Below, in pieces: positions 18,014-28,870 of a stretch of 64,000 nucleotides of DNA (its first letter is position 1; the number at the start of each line of letters is the position of its first letter). The stretch comes from Bacteroidales bacterium (GTDB lineage Bacteria; Bacteroidota; Bacteroidia; Bacteroidales; BM520), in assembly GCA_016285515.1 (NCBI GenBank), contig JAEEQW010000009.1, positions 5,561-69,560 on the forward strand. The letters are read 5' to 3'. The notes beneath the pieces are model-generated. The model was not told where the DNA came from. It made no database searches and was given only the letters and a program-made list of their open reading frames with translations. The position numbers and the translations under genes were made by a program.

Positions 18014-18952
18014 ATGGAGAAGCAGGCTGCAAATATTGAATTTGATGACGGAATGACATATCACAATCCGGTAATGCTCAGTGAAAGCATTGACTATCTT
18101 ATCACTGATCCGGATGGGATATATGTTGATGTCACATACGGCGGAGGCGGACACTCACGTGAGATCCTCAAAAGACTCGGAGAAAATGGCCGTCTTATAG
18201 TCTTCGATATTGACAGTGACGCTTTTATGAACCGTCCTGACGACAGCCGGCTGACCTTCGTAAATCAGAACTATCGCTATCTTTGGAATTATCTCAAATA
18301 TTATGATGCGATTCCGGTCAACGGTGTCCTCGCTGACCTCGGCGTTTCATCACACCAGATTGACGATTATGAACGCGGTTTTGCAATTCGCAAGGACGGC
18401 GAGCTTGACATGAGAATGAACAACCAGTCTGGCAAAACTGCAAAAGATATACTTAACACATATTCCGAAGAGGAACTGACACACATCTTCAAGGATTATG
18501 GTGAAATAGAAAAACCTTATTTTCTCATAAGAGACATATTGAATTTCAGGGAAGACAACTTTTTTGAAACTACTGCCGACCTCAAGGCGGTAGCTATGAA
18601 ATCGGCGCCCCGTAACAAGGAATTCAAATATCTGTCACAGGTTTTCCAGGCAGTAAGAATAGAGGTCAACTCCGAACTTGATGCTTTGGGTGAAATGTTG
18701 CGGCAGATAGCCGTCATTTTGAAATCAGGTGGCAGGGTGGCTGTCATCAGCTATCATTCACTTGAGGACAGAATGGTCAAAAACCTTTTCAAGACCGGTA
18801 ATATAGAAGGTGTGGAACAGAAGGATTTCTATGGAAACAAGATAACCCCATTTGAGGTCATCACCCGCAAACCTGTTGTTCCTTCCGATGACGAAATAAC
18901 TTTAAATGGCAGGGCAAGAAGCGCAAAACTGCGCGTTGCACAAAAAATATAG
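18014..18952 (+). CDS. rsmH: 16S rRNA (cytosine1402-N4)-methyltransferase RsmH
   Basis: HNPVML...YVDVTYGGGGHS, DLGVSSHQID, SYHSLEDR motifs. Confidence 0.95.
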   Translation: MEKQAANIEFDDGMTYHNPVMLSESIDYLITDPDGIYVDVTYGGGGHSREILKRLGENGRLIVFDIDSDAFMNRPDDSRLTFVNQNYRYLWNYLKYYDAIPVNGVLADLGVSSHQIDDYERGFAIRKDGELDMRMNNQSGKTAKDILNTYSEEELTHIFKDYGEIEKPYFLIRDILNFREDNFFETTADLKAVAMKSAPRNKEFKYLSQVFQAVRIEVNSELDALGEMLRQIAVILKSGGRVAVISYHSLEDRMVKNLFKTGNIEGVEQKDFYGNKITPFEVITRKPVVPSDDEITLNGRARSAKLRVAQKI

Positions 18953-18956
18953 TATC

Positions 18957-19364
18957 ATGGCTAATAAACTGAAAGAACAGAAGACAGAACAGCCCGAACG
19001 TAAGGCTCCTTCACCAAAGAAAGCGTCTAACGGCCGTGCCAACAAAATCGCCAAATCATTCTTCTCCGGCGATTTTCTGTTCTCCGGTAATTTCAGAAGA
19101 AGTCCGATTTGGTTCATTTTGTACTGCGTACTGCTTATACTTATATATATAGGTATGCGCTATGAACCGGTGAAGAGATATAACACCATGGTAAGGCTTA
19201 ACAAGGAACTTGACAAGTGCAATTACAGAAATAATGATGTAAAGGCACAACTTCAAAAGTATCAGAGTTCCAGTGTTCTAATGAAACAGCTGTCACCGCA
19301 GGGCTTCCAACAAACCCTTGAACAGCCTCACGTAATTATCGTAGAAAAAAATGGGAGACATTAA
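18957..19364 (+). CDS. ftsL: FtsL-like cell-division protein
   Basis: Position between rsmH and ftsI. Basic N-terminus, a single TM helix (IWFILYCVLLILIYIGM), then a coiled-coil-like segment. ATG at 18957 preferred. Confidence 0.6.
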   Translation: MANKLKEQKTEQPERKAPSPKKASNGRANKIAKSFFSGDFLFSGNFRRSPIWFILYCVLLILIYIGMRYEPVKRYNTMVRLNKELDKCNYRNNDVKAQLQKYQSSSVLMKQLSPQGFQQTLEQPHVIIVEKNGRH

Positions 19365-21135
19365 CAAGAGAATGATTATCATGTGCCTTGTCGCATTCGT
19401 GGTGGTGATTGCCGCAATGCTCAAACTGTGCTTTATTTCTCTTGCGCATGGTCAGAAGATACGTGAGGCCGTTGACAATAAAGCGTATATCACCGATGTC
19501 GTAACCGCTTTCGGTGGCAACCTTCTCGGTGATAATGCCAATGACCTTCTGGCCTATTGCTATCCTTCATGTGACATAAGATGGAATGCTGTTACGGCAA
19601 AGAAGAATATTCCCAATCTCACTCTTGACACACTTAAATATTTAGCCGATGATTTCGACAAATATTTCCTCGAAAAGAATGGCGGCAAGTCATATTATCC
19701 GCTTTTTAAGAAGGCTTATCAGAATGGTCTTACCAATCAGCTGATAATGAGGGATGTGCACAAGGAAGAGGAGACAAGGGTGTCACATTTCAGAATCCTG
19801 CGTGAATCCAAAGGCGGTCTTGTCATTGACCATCATACGGATATGATTTTCACAAGTGACAAGATAAGTACGAGAACACTTGGGAAGACCAATCTTGACG
19901 ATGAATCCAATAAAGTTGGAATTATTGGGGCTTACAGGGACACTCTGATGGGCAAGACAATGAAACGCGATATGTTTCATGGTAACGTCCTTCCTGCTGA
20001 GATTAGCGACCAGATATTTCCTGACAAGGGAAGGGATGTGGTGTCCACCATCAATTACAATCTTAGCGAGAGTGTCTATGATGCTTTGTATGCTGAGATG
20101 AAACGCGTGAAGGCTGGAAAAGGTTGCGCTATAGTGATGGATGTAGAAACCGGTGATGTGAAGGCTATGATAAACCTGACGAAAAGTTATCGTAGTGACA
20201 CCGTTTTCAGCGAACAGACAAACATAGCTTTTGCTAACACATACGAACCGGGCTCCGTTTTCAAACTCGCTTCGTTTGTGGTGGCTCTTAAGGATGGGGT
20301 TATCAATCTTGATGACGAAATGTCGATAGGCACCGGCAGGATGCATTTCCCGGGCAAGGATGTCGTTGATTCCCACATATACAGTTCAGAACAAGTATGG
20401 TCGCTGCGCAAGATATTCGCAATGTCATCGAATATTGGTGCAGCCAAAGTGGTTTATAACAATTACAAGTCGAATCCACAGAAATTCGTTGACGGGCTTC
20501 ATGCTCTTCATCTTGATGATTATGTGAAAACCGACATACTGAGTTCCTCAAGGTCTCAGATAAAAAACACAGACAGTGAAAACTGGTGGCAGACGAGTTT
20601 GTATCAGATGGCTCAAGGATACGAAGTTATGATTACTCCTATCAACCTGGCAATGTTTTACAATGCCATTGCCAACGGAGGAGTAATGATGAGACCGCGT
20701 TTCGTGAGCTGTATTATTGATAATGAACATGATAAGGTGATAAACTTTGACCCTGTGGTTGTCGATACCATCTGCAACGATTCCATTGCGCGGCTGGCAA
20801 AAAGTATTCTCAGGGAGGTGGTAACAACAGGTACTGCTGCCAATGTCTTTAAAAATGCTAAGTATGCTTTCTGTGGGAAGACAGGTACTGCCCAGATTAG
20901 GGCCAGCAAAGTTTACAGTGCGACATTCATCGGTTTCTTCCCGGAAGAAAAGCCGAAATATACAATCTATGTCATGCTGAGTGATTTATATGGCGAATAT
21001 TATGCTGCCTCAGTTGCCGCTCCGGTAGTAAGAAGGATTGCCGATGTTTTGTATGAGACGACTCCGTGTTTTTATGAAACCATGATGGTTGACATTAAGA
21101 CACCTAACGTATGGAATGAGCTAAGTAAAAAATAA
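19351..21135 (+). CDS. ftsI: Penicillin-binding protein, FtsI/PBP3-type transpeptidase
   Basis: N-terminal TM helix. SxxK = SVFK, SxN = SSN, KTG = KTGTA. Confidence 0.9.
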   Translation: MGDINKRMIIMCLVAFVVVIAAMLKLCFISLAHGQKIREAVDNKAYITDVVTAFGGNLLGDNANDLLAYCYPSCDIRWNAVTAKKNIPNLTLDTLKYLADDFDKYFLEKNGGKSYYPLFKKAYQNGLTNQLIMRDVHKEEETRVSHFRILRESKGGLVIDHHTDMIFTSDKISTRTLGKTNLDDESNKVGIIGAYRDTLMGKTMKRDMFHGNVLPAEISDQIFPDKGRDVVSTINYNLSESVYDALYAEMKRVKAGKGCAIVMDVETGDVKAMINLTKSYRSDTVFSEQTNIAFANTYEPGSVFKLASFVVALKDGVINLDDEMSIGTGRMHFPGKDVVDSHIYSSEQVWSLRKIFAMSSNIGAAKVVYNNYKSNPQKFVDGLHALHLDDYVKTDILSSSRSQIKNTDSENWWQTSLYQMAQGYEVMITPINLAMFYNAIANGGVMMRPRFVSCIIDNEHDKVINFDPVVVDTICNDSIARLAKSILREVVTTGTAANVFKNAKYAFCGKTGTAQIRASKVYSATFIGFFPEEKPKYTIYVMLSDLYGEYYAASVAAPVVRRIADVLYETTPCFYETMMVDIKTPNVWNELSKK

Positions 21136-21145
21136 AAAATTAGTT

Positions 21146-22597
21146 ATGATTGATGTTTTGTTAAACGGTGTAAAGGTGGTAGAGATTGCTGGTAAGATGC
21201 CTTCAAAAGTTTCTGCGGTGTGCATTGATTCCAGACAAGTCACGAAGGGTTCGCTGTTTGTAGCTATTAAGGGCTATTTGCAGGATGGTCATTCGTTTAT
21301 CAGAAATGCTGTTAATTTGGGTAGTGCTGTGATTGTCTGCGAAGTCTTGCCTTCTGACATGGCTGATGACGTATGTTATGTCAAAGTGAAGGACTCCGCA
21401 GCCGCAGCATCTATTATCGCTTCGAATTTCTATGACAATCCGTCTTCAAAGATGAAGCTTGTAGGTGTTACCGGCACTAACGGAAAAACCACGACAGTCA
21501 CACTCCTCTATAATCTTTTCACTTCGCTTGGCTATTGCTGCGGACTTCTTTCTACTGTGCAGAACATCATCGGGAAAAGGGTGCTTGAGACCGACCACAC
21601 AACTCCCGATCCAATCACTCTAAATCGTCTTATGTCGGAAATGGTTGACTGCGGATGCGAATTCTGCTTTATGGAAGTGAGTTCCCATGCCGCTGACCAG
21701 AAACGAATTGCCGGACTGACTTTCGCTGGCGGAATCTTTTCCAATATTACTCACGACCATCTTGATTATCATGGGACTTTTGTCAACTATATAGCTGCGA
21801 AAAAGAGTTTCTTCACATTGTTGCCTCCGGAATCATTCGCACTGACTAATGTTGATGACCGCAATGGAATGGTTATGGTGGAGAACACTAAAGCAAAGAT
21901 ATATACATACGGAGTCAAGGAAATGGCTGATTTCCATGCCAAGATACTTGAATTCAAGATATATGGAACTCTGATAAAAATCAATAATGAGGACGATTTC
22001 TGGCTTCCGCTGCCTTGCATGTACAATGTGTATAATCAACTTGCGGTATATGCTGCTGCCGTCCTTTTAGGTGCCGACAAGGAAGAGATGAAGGTTGCCC
22101 TCAGTGCTGTAAAAGGTGCAAAAGGCAGATTCCAGCTTGTCCCGAACAATGACGGAAAGAATGTCATTGTGGATTATGCCCATACTCCTGATGCTCTTGA
22201 AAATGTGCTTTCGGCAGTCAAGGAGCTTACTGAAGACGACAGACGTGTGATATGCGTTTTCGGTGCCGGTGGCGACAGAGATACCACAAAACGTCCTGAA
22301 ATGGGGGCTGTGAGCGTGAAATATTCCGATTTGGTAATCATCACTTCTGACAACCCACGTTCCGAGGAGCCCAACTCTATAATTGACCAGATTGCTGCCG
22401 GTATTGATGAGGCCAATATGAAAAAGGTAATGCGCATACCTGACAGAAAGGAAGCCATCAATGTGGCCATCAATCTGATGCAGCCTGATGACGTGCTCGT
22501 TATTGCTGGCAAAGGCCATGAGAATTATCAGGAGATAAAAGGTGTAAAACATCATTTCGATGATGTTGAAATTGTTAAAGAACTCATTAACAGATAA
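21146..22597 (+). CDS. murE: UDP-MurNAc-L-Ala-D-Glu:meso-diaminopimelate ligase MurE
   Basis: P-loop [11 protein letters not shown] and the DNPR motif (TSDNPRSE). Confidence 0.95.
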   Translation: MIDVLLNGVKVVEIAGKMPSKVSAVCIDSRQVTKGSLFVAIKGYLQDGHSFIRNAVNLGSAVIVCEVLPSDMADDVCYVKVKDSAAAASIIASNFYDNPSSKMKLVGVTGTNGKTTTVTLLYNLFTSLGYCCGLLSTVQNIIGKRVLETDHTTPDPITLNRLMSEMVDCGCEFCFMEVSSHAADQKRIAGLTFAGGIFSNITHDHLDYHGTFVNYIAAKKSFFTLLPPESFALTNVDDRNGMVMVENTKAKIYTYGVKEMADFHAKILEFKIYGTLIKINNEDDFWLPLPCMYNVYNQLAVYAAAVLLGADKEEMKVALSAVKGAKGRFQLVPNNDGKNVIVDYAHTPDALENVLSAVKELTEDDRRVICVFGAGGDRDTTKRPEMGAVSVKYSDLVIITSDNPRSEEPNSIIDQIAAGIDEANMKKVMRIPDRKEAINVAINLMQPDDVLVIAGKGHENYQEIKGVKHHFDDVEIVKELINR

Positions 22598-22602
22598 ATG
22601 AT

Positions 22603-23886
22603 ATGTTATACTATTTGGCGAAATATTTGGACAATGTTTATGATTTTCCTGGAGCAGGTGTCTTTAACTACATTTCTTTCAGGTCAGCGATGACATTCAT
22701 CACATCGTTGATAATATCATTGATATTCGGTAAAAATATCATCAAAAAGTTGAGAGAAAAACAAATAGGGGAGACGGTCAGGAATCTCGGACTTCCTGGT
22801 CAGAAGGAAAAAGAGGGCACTCCAACCATGGGTGGTATCATCATAATCTTGTCAATAATCGTTCCCACATTACTTTTCGCCGATATAGCCAACATATACA
22901 TAATTGTCCTGCTAATCACCACTATGTGGCTTGGCACCATGGGCTTTCTGGACGATTACATCAAGGTTTTCAAAAAGAACAAGAATGGTCTTGCTGGCAA
23001 GTTTAAAATCATGGGGCAGATTATACTTGGAATTTTTGTCGGAGTGATAATGTGCTGTCATCCTGATGTGGTCATTAGGGAAAAAACCTCGGAGCACAAT
23101 TCAATAACAATTGATTCTGAAATCAATGCTGCAAATCAGGCAGTTACATATTACAAATATTCCTCACCAGAACAGTCTTTGAAGACTACTATTCCATTTT
23201 TGAAACATCATCAGCTTGATTACGGCAAAATAATACCGGAAAACATGAAAAACCACAGGTTATGGACTTGTGTGATTTTCATTGTAATAGTCACTTTCAT
23301 AATAACTGCTGTGTCGAACTGCTGCAATCTGACAGACGGCATGGATGGGTTGGCCACGGGCACGTCTTCCTCAGTCGGTGCGGTATTGGCCATTTTCTCC
23401 TGGGTATCCGGCAACATCATTTTTGCCGACTATCTGAACATTATGATGATACCGTCGGTAGGCGAGCTGACAGTTTTTATAATGGCGTTTGTCGGTGCCT
23501 GCGTAGGGTTTATGTGGTATAACACATTTCCGGCTCAGATATTCATGGGAGATACCGGCAGTCTTACAATCGGTGGCATCATTGCGGTTTATGCCATAAT
23601 GATTCGCAAGGAACTGCTTCTCCCTGTGCTTTGTGGAATTTTCCTGGTTGAAGGTTGCTCCGTAATCATTCAGAGAGTATGGTTCAAAATCACGAAGAAA
23701 ATATACGGCGAAGGGCGAAGAGTATTTCTGATGGCTCCTTTGCATCATCATTATCAGATACTTGAAGGGAGAAAATATACTACTGAAGAAGGCAAGAAAC
23801 GCAGTGAGGCAAAAATCGTCACCCGTTTCATCATCGTCAGCATTCTGCTCGCCTTCATATCAATCGTAACATTGAAACTTAGATAG
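22603..23886 (+). CDS. mraY: Phospho-N-acetylmuramoyl-pentapeptide transferase MraY
   Basis: Polytopic membrane protein with [17 protein letters not shown] and APLHHH motifs. Confidence 0.95.
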   Translation: MLYYLAKYLDNVYDFPGAGVFNYISFRSAMTFITSLIISLIFGKNIIKKLREKQIGETVRNLGLPGQKEKEGTPTMGGIIIILSIIVPTLLFADIANIYIIVLLITTMWLGTMGFLDDYIKVFKKNKNGLAGKFKIMGQIILGIFVGVIMCCHPDVVIREKTSEHNSITIDSEINAANQAVTYYKYSSPEQSLKTTIPFLKHHQLDYGKIIPENMKNHRLWTCVIFIVIVTFIITAVSNCCNLTDGMDGLATGTSSSVGAVLAIFSWVSGNIIFADYLNIMMIPSVGELTVFIMAFVGACVGFMWYNTFPAQIFMGDTGSLTIGGIIAVYAIMIRKELLLPVLCGIFLVEGCSVIIQRVWFKITKKIYGEGRRVFLMAPLHHHYQILEGRKYTTEEGKKRSEAKIVTRFIIVSILLAFISIVTLKLR

Positions 23887-23927
23887 TCTTAAACTTAAAA
23901 TATAGAACGAACAAAAAACTTAAAATC

Positions 23928-24473
23928 ATGAACTTAGAAAAATTAGCAACACAGGGAAGGACAAAGGTTCCAAGGTCAACTGCCGCATCAATACTCAGTC
24001 AGCAGCTTCTTGAAATGAGAAAAGAATCATTAAAGACCTGTTTCGAAAACTTTTTCAGCCGCGATCACAGACTTGAGACAGTCGCTTCAATTCACAACGT
24101 TGAATTCATCGATGATTCAAAAGCTGAAAATGTAAATGCAACCTGGTATTCTCTGGAGTCTTTCAACGATCCTGTCATCTGGATTGTCGCAGCAAACAAG
24201 GATGACTCAGGATTTGAAAAGATTACTGAGTTAATCATGAAAAAAGTCAAATCGATTATCTGCGTGGGAAACGACTGCAGCGTAATGCGTGACACCTTAA
24301 GTGGATATGTCAAGACTTTTATAGAGGCATCCACTATAAACGATGCCGTATTATATGCATTCAACATCAGCAGAAGAGGGGACAAAGTACTGTTTTCACC
24401 GGCAGGATTATTGGGAAACAAAACGTATGCTGAAGCAGGTGATGAATTTAAGAGAGCTGTAAACAGAATATGA
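23928..24473 (+). CDS. murD: Truncated MurD: Mur-ligase C-terminal domain only (181 aa; may be a relic or pseudogene)
   Basis: Occupies the murD slot between mraY and ftsW. Carries HRLE, FIDDSKAENV (family NDSKATN), VLFSPAG and GDEFK motifs of the MurD C-terminal domain. No P-loop and no N-terminal domain. The intergenic gap to mraY is only 41 nt. The stop overlaps the ftsW ATG (ATGA). Confidence 0.8.
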   Translation: MNLEKLATQGRTKVPRSTAASILSQQLLEMRKESLKTCFENFFSRDHRLETVASIHNVEFIDDSKAENVNATWYSLESFNDPVIWIVAANKDDSGFEKITELIMKKVKSIICVGNDCSVMRDTLSGYVKTFIEASTINDAVLYAFNISRRGDKVLFSPAGLLGNKTYAEAGDEFKRAVNRI

Positions 24474-25612
24474 TCAGAAAGCTTTTCATAGGAGACAAGG
24501 GGTTGTATGCAATATTGACGATATTGTTTCTGTTGTCATTGATTGCCACTTTTTCCACTATTCCGTATAAGGAAGTTGTCGGAAATGGCGGAACCATATC
24601 CCATCTTATGAAACAACTGCTATTTATAGTAATAGGTGTATTCTTGATATTCATTGTCGGAAGAATTGATTATCAGGGACGGTTCTTTAAGATTGGTGCT
24701 ATAACAATCTATGTCCTGTCAGTTGTCCTTTGTGTGATAATGCTGGCAAAAGGAGTTTCAAGCAATCAGTCAATAAGGGATCTCAGATTATTGGGTGTTT
24801 CGATACAGCCGTTTGAGTTTGTGAAAGTCACGTTCGTTCTGTATCTGTGTATGGCTTTATCGAAAGGTTATGAGCTGCTCAATTCTTCATTGAAATACTT
24901 CATTCTGTATTTGGGATTACCTATTATAATTACTTGCGGACTATGCTTTACCCAGAAGTTGTCATCAGCGTTTATCATGCTGGTGATTGCTTTGATTTTA
25001 CTGTTTGTTGTAAAGATGAACTGGAAGTATGTTCTCGGACTGGTTGGCGTAATTGTAGCTGCAGCCGTGCTGTATATGGCTATTGACAGAGTCTCGAGAG
25101 TCAATACGACTGGAAAGAGCAGAATCAAGACATACGTTGAGAATTTGTTTTCAGGCAGCGAACAATACCATGAAATTGACAGTCCGATGATAGCCATTGG
25201 CAATGGTGGATTAATCGGCACATTCCCGGGTAATAGCGAAGTGAAATATTATCTGATTAATTCCGAGTCGGATTTCATTTTCTCCATTCTTGTAGAGGAG
25301 GGTGGAATGCTGACAGGATTGTTTATAATCATAGTATATACGTTGTTTTTCCTCAGGGTTATGGTTATAGCCTTGAAGAGTGACAACATATTGGGTAGGG
25401 TGCTCGCTTTCGGTTTGGGCTCAGTTGTTTTGGTGCAGGCACTTGTGCATATTTCCGTGGCAGTAGGCCTTATGCCTATTACGGGCGAACAGTTGCCGTT
25501 TGTAAGCAAAGGTGGCTCTTCGCTAATTGCGTACTGTTTCCTGTCCGGAATAGTTCAAAGCATTGCATCGCATCATGTTACAATAAAAGAGGAGGCTGCT
25601 TATGAAGAATAA
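24470..25612 (+). CDS. ftsW: SEDS-family cell-division protein FtsW
   Basis: Polytopic membrane protein in the conserved position between murD and murG. C-terminal motif PITGEQLPFVSKGGSS. Confidence 0.85.
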   Translation: MIRKLFIGDKGLYAILTILFLLSLIATFSTIPYKEVVGNGGTISHLMKQLLFIVIGVFLIFIVGRIDYQGRFFKIGAITIYVLSVVLCVIMLAKGVSSNQSIRDLRLLGVSIQPFEFVKVTFVLYLCMALSKGYELLNSSLKYFILYLGLPIIITCGLCFTQKLSSAFIMLVIALILLFVVKMNWKYVLGLVGVIVAAAVLYMAIDRVSRVNTTGKSRIKTYVENLFSGSEQYHEIDSPMIAIGNGGLIGTFPGNSEVKYYLINSESDFIFSILVEEGGMLTGLFIIIVYTLFFLRVMVIALKSDNILGRVLAFGLGSVVLVQALVHISVAVGLMPITGEQLPFVSKGGSSLIAYCFLSGIVQSIASHHVTIKEEAAYEE

Positions 25613-26720
25613 TGATACTATTAAGGTTATTGTCAGTGGGGGAGGAACAGGAGGGCATATATTTCCGGCAATAGCAATTGCAAATGGAATAAGGGACAGA
25701 TATCCGAATTCCGACATTCTCTTCATAGGTGCCAACGGAAGAATGGAAATGGAAAAAGTCCCTAAGGCCGGGTATAAGATTATCGGGCTTAATGTGCAGG
25801 GACTTAGCAGAAAATCTATGCTGAAAAACATACCTATCCTTGTAAAGTTCTTCTTGAGCATGAAGAAGGCAAAAAAGATTATTAAGAACTTTAAGCCTGA
25901 TTTTGTTGTCGGAGTCGGTGGGTATGCAAGTGGTGCCGTTTTGAAAGCGGCAGTTTCGCAACATATTCCTGCCATAATACAGGAACAGAATTCGTTTCCT
26001 GGCAAAACCAATATAATGCTGAGCAAGAATGTGGATGCTATATGTGTGGCTTACAGTGGTTTGGAAAAATATTTCCCTAAGGAGAAAATAGTCATGACCG
26101 GTAATCCAATCAGAAAAGAATTTCTGAATATAACACCGAAAGCTGATGAGGCATTCGAGTATTTCGGAATTAAAGACAGAAGCAAACCTGTTGTGCTCAT
26201 TGTCGGCGGAAGTCAGGGAGCTCTTGCAATTAACAATGCGATTGCCAAGGACTTGCAGAAGTATGTGGATGCAGGGTGTTTTGTGATTTGGCAGGTTGGA
26301 AAAACCTATTTGCCCACTGCCAAAGAACAGTTGAATGATAACTATGGGGATTCTGTCTGGTGTTCTGATTTCATATATAGAATGGACTTGGCATACAGTG
26401 TTGCCGACATGGTGATTTCGAGAGCTGGTGCCATAGCCATTTCCGAACTCTGTGCAGTCGGACTTCCTGCGATTCTGATACCGCTGCCGACTGCTGCTGA
26501 AAATCATCAGATGAAAAATGCCCAGGCACTTGCTGACAAGGGAGCGGCATTGATTGTTGAAAATGACAAAGCAGAACAGGAGCTTTCAAATGTCGCAATC
26601 AGCTTGTTGAATGACGGGGAAAAGCTCCAGTCGCTTGGAACAAATATCAAGAAATTGGCTATTACTGATGCTGTTGATAGAATATTGAATATAATAGAAA
26701 CTAAAATTTTGAATAAATAA
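25602..26720 (+). CDS. murG: UDP-GlcNAc:lipid I N-acetylglucosaminyltransferase MurG
   Basis: SGGGTGGHIFPAIAIA, GGSQGA, and the C-terminal AENHQMKNA motif. Confidence 0.95.
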   Translation: MKNNDTIKVIVSGGGTGGHIFPAIAIANGIRDRYPNSDILFIGANGRMEMEKVPKAGYKIIGLNVQGLSRKSMLKNIPILVKFFLSMKKAKKIIKNFKPDFVVGVGGYASGAVLKAAVSQHIPAIIQEQNSFPGKTNIMLSKNVDAICVAYSGLEKYFPKEKIVMTGNPIRKEFLNITPKADEAFEYFGIKDRSKPVVLIVGGSQGALAINNAIAKDLQKYVDAGCFVIWQVGKTYLPTAKEQLNDNYGDSVWCSDFIYRMDLAYSVADMVISRAGAIAISELCAVGLPAILIPLPTAAENHQMKNAQALADKGAALIVENDKAEQELSNVAISLLNDGEKLQSLGTNIKKLAITDAVDRILNIIETKILNK

Positions 26721-26740
26721 TAAACAATTAATGAGTGAAG

Positions 26741-28105
26741 ATGTCTGAAGGGATAAACATAAATAAACTTAAAAAGCTGTATTTCATAGGAATAGGTGGT
26801 ATTGGGATGAGCTCTCTTGCCCAGTATTTCTATAATCGCGGCTGCAAGGTTTCGGGATATGACAAAGCTCACTCTGCTGTTACTGAAATGCTCGAAAATA
26901 TCGGGATAGTTGTCAACTATTTTGAGAATGAGGCTAATATAAGCGATGATACTGATTTGGTCGTTTATACTCCAGCTATAAATATAACCAACAAGGAACT
27001 TGCATACGCCATGAATAATGGCTTCAATGTTGTTAAACGTTCGGATCTTCTGGCAGCCGTTTGCGAGGGCAAATATTGCATTGCAGCTGCCGGAACCCAC
27101 GGCAAGACTACCGTTACTGCAATGATTGCCAATATCTTCGATGGATGCGGTATCCCCATGGAGGCTTTCGTCGGCGGTATTTGCAAATCAACGGGCAGCA
27201 ATCTTTATTCCTCAAATGGCGCAAGAATAGTTGTGGTCGAGGCAGATGAATATGACAGATCATTCCTTAAACTCAAGCCGGATATCTCAGTGGTCACTTC
27301 CGTGGAAATCGACCATCTCGATATATATGGTGAAAAGGTACAACTGGTCGATGCTTTCAGGGAGTTTTCATCGATCGCCAAACCTTCTAACAGAATAGTA
27401 AATTACAAGTATAAAGATATACTTCCAACATACAATACTTATGGTTTCGATAAGAATGCAAAATGCAGAATTGTTGAGTATTCTTATCATAACGGATTGG
27501 CTGACATCATAATAAATGATGGCAATAGAGATGTGAAGTTTACCGATATGCCTATTCGCGGAAGATTCAATATGGAAAACTTCTGTGCTGCCTTTTCAGT
27601 AGCTGCCTTGCTTAAACTCGATTATAGCAAGGTTGAATTGGCAATGAGAAACTATAAGGGTGTTTCCCGCAGGTTCGATGTTCTTTATCAGGATGACAAA
27701 GTGGTTTACATTGATGACTATGCTCACCATCCGGAGCAGGTTGAAACTCTTCTTGATGCAATTCATGAAGTGTATCCTGGCAAGAAGATATGCGGATTCT
27801 TCCAGCCGCATCTCTATTCGAGGACTAAATTGTTTATGGACCAGTTTGCAGATGTCCTTTCCAAATTCGATGAGATGTATTTGCTTGACATATATCCTGC
27901 TCGTGAACTGCCTATTGAAGGCGTAACTTCGCATGAGTTGTTCTTTAGGATGAATGTCAGTAAGGGCAGTGTCATTTTGAGAAACACTATCGCACAGGTT
28001 GCAAGGAAAACAGATGCCGAAATTATCGTAACTATAGGTGCAGGCAATATTGATAGGAGTTGCAATGAAATTGTTGAAATGTTAAAGGAGAAACGCAATG
28101 AGTAA
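26741..28105 (+). CDS. murC: UDP-N-acetylmuramate:L-alanine ligase MurC
   Basis: YFIGIGGIGMSSLA and P-loop AAGTHGKTT. ATG at 26741 preferred (the track start at 26735 is a GTG). Confidence 0.95.
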   Translation: MSEGININKLKKLYFIGIGGIGMSSLAQYFYNRGCKVSGYDKAHSAVTEMLENIGIVVNYFENEANISDDTDLVVYTPAINITNKELAYAMNNGFNVVKRSDLLAAVCEGKYCIAAAGTHGKTTVTAMIANIFDGCGIPMEAFVGGICKSTGSNLYSSNGARIVVVEADEYDRSFLKLKPDISVVTSVEIDHLDIYGEKVQLVDAFREFSSIAKPSNRIVNYKYKDILPTYNTYGFDKNAKCRIVEYSYHNGLADIIINDGNRDVKFTDMPIRGRFNMENFCAAFSVAALLKLDYSKVELAMRNYKGVSRRFDVLYQDDKVVYIDDYAHHPEQVETLLDAIHEVYPGKKICGFFQPHLYSRTKLFMDQFADVLSKFDEMYLLDIYPARELPIEGVTSHELFFRMNVSKGSVILRNTIAQVARKTDAEIIVTIGAGNIDRSCNEIVEMLKEKRNE

Positions 28106-28865
28106 AGCAGGCAACATAATAATAACTGTTCTGATATGGCTGTTCGTGGCATCAGCTGTTGTTGCGTCTGTATTCTGCATTCGCTATTACAACAGAAAGA
28201 CTGTTAATGGTGTGGAAGTCAAGGTACTTGTCCCTGAAGGTAAGGAAATGCTTACCGACAGTATCATAAAAGATTTCATTTCAAGCGAAATCAACTCTGT
28301 TAAATCGAAGAAATTCAGCAGTGTCAATGATTCACTTTTCACCACAAAACTTATGAGGATACATTCGGTAAAGTCTGTGAGAGTCACTCCGTTGGTCAAC
28401 GGCAACATATTGTTGTCGGTGGTGCAGAAGGACCCGGTGGCAAAGGTGAATATTAAGGACAATAATAATTTATATATGACATTGGAGGGTGACATATTCT
28501 ATTCAGACAGATATGATGGCAGCTATAAATTATTAACAGTCAATGGATTGAAAGAACTGGATATAAATAAGCATTCCACAAGAACCGATAATTTGTCGGC
28601 TGTTGTTTCATATATTCTCAATGAGAGTAAGCATTTTCTTTACGACATTACAGAATCGGTCAGTGTGGTGGGAAAGGATGAAATGATAGAGTTGCAGAGC
28701 AGGTATGGAGTGAAGCGGATAATAATCGGCACACCAGAGAATCTGGAAGTCAAGTCATTCAATCTGAGAATGTTCTGTGAGGCAATGCATGAGCGTGACT
28801 TGTCGGTGTATGAGGCTTTGAATCTTAATTTTGAAAATCAGGTAATAGCAATAACAAAAAATTAA
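28098..28865 (+). CDS. ftsQ: FtsQ-like cell-division protein
   Basis: Position between murC and ftsA. N-terminal TM helix (IIITVLIWLFVASAVVASVF) followed by a POTRA-sized domain. Confidence 0.65.
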   Translation: MSKAGNIIITVLIWLFVASAVVASVFCIRYYNRKTVNGVEVKVLVPEGKEMLTDSIIKDFISSEINSVKSKKFSSVNDSLFTTKLMRIHSVKSVRVTPLVNGNILLSVVQKDPVAKVNIKDNNNLYMTLEGDIFYSDRYDGSYKLLTVNGLKELDINKHSTRTDNLSAVVSYILNESKHFLYDITESVSVVGKDEMIELQSRYGVKRIIIGTPENLEVKSFNLRMFCEAMHERDLSVYEALNLNFENQVIAITKN

Positions 28866-28870
28866 TTATT

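Noticed and set aside
25578-26507. 309-aa minus-strand ORF, plus similar long antisense ORFs at 19783-20376, 26507-27100, 29176-29751, 47657-48340 and 22067-22555
   Set aside because: Each lies entirely antisense to a confidently identified gene (murG, ftsI, murC, ftsA, GT4, murE). The translations are Cys/His/Arg/Ser-rich and low in complexity with no recognisable motifs. They are shadow ORFs produced by the codon structure of the sense genes.
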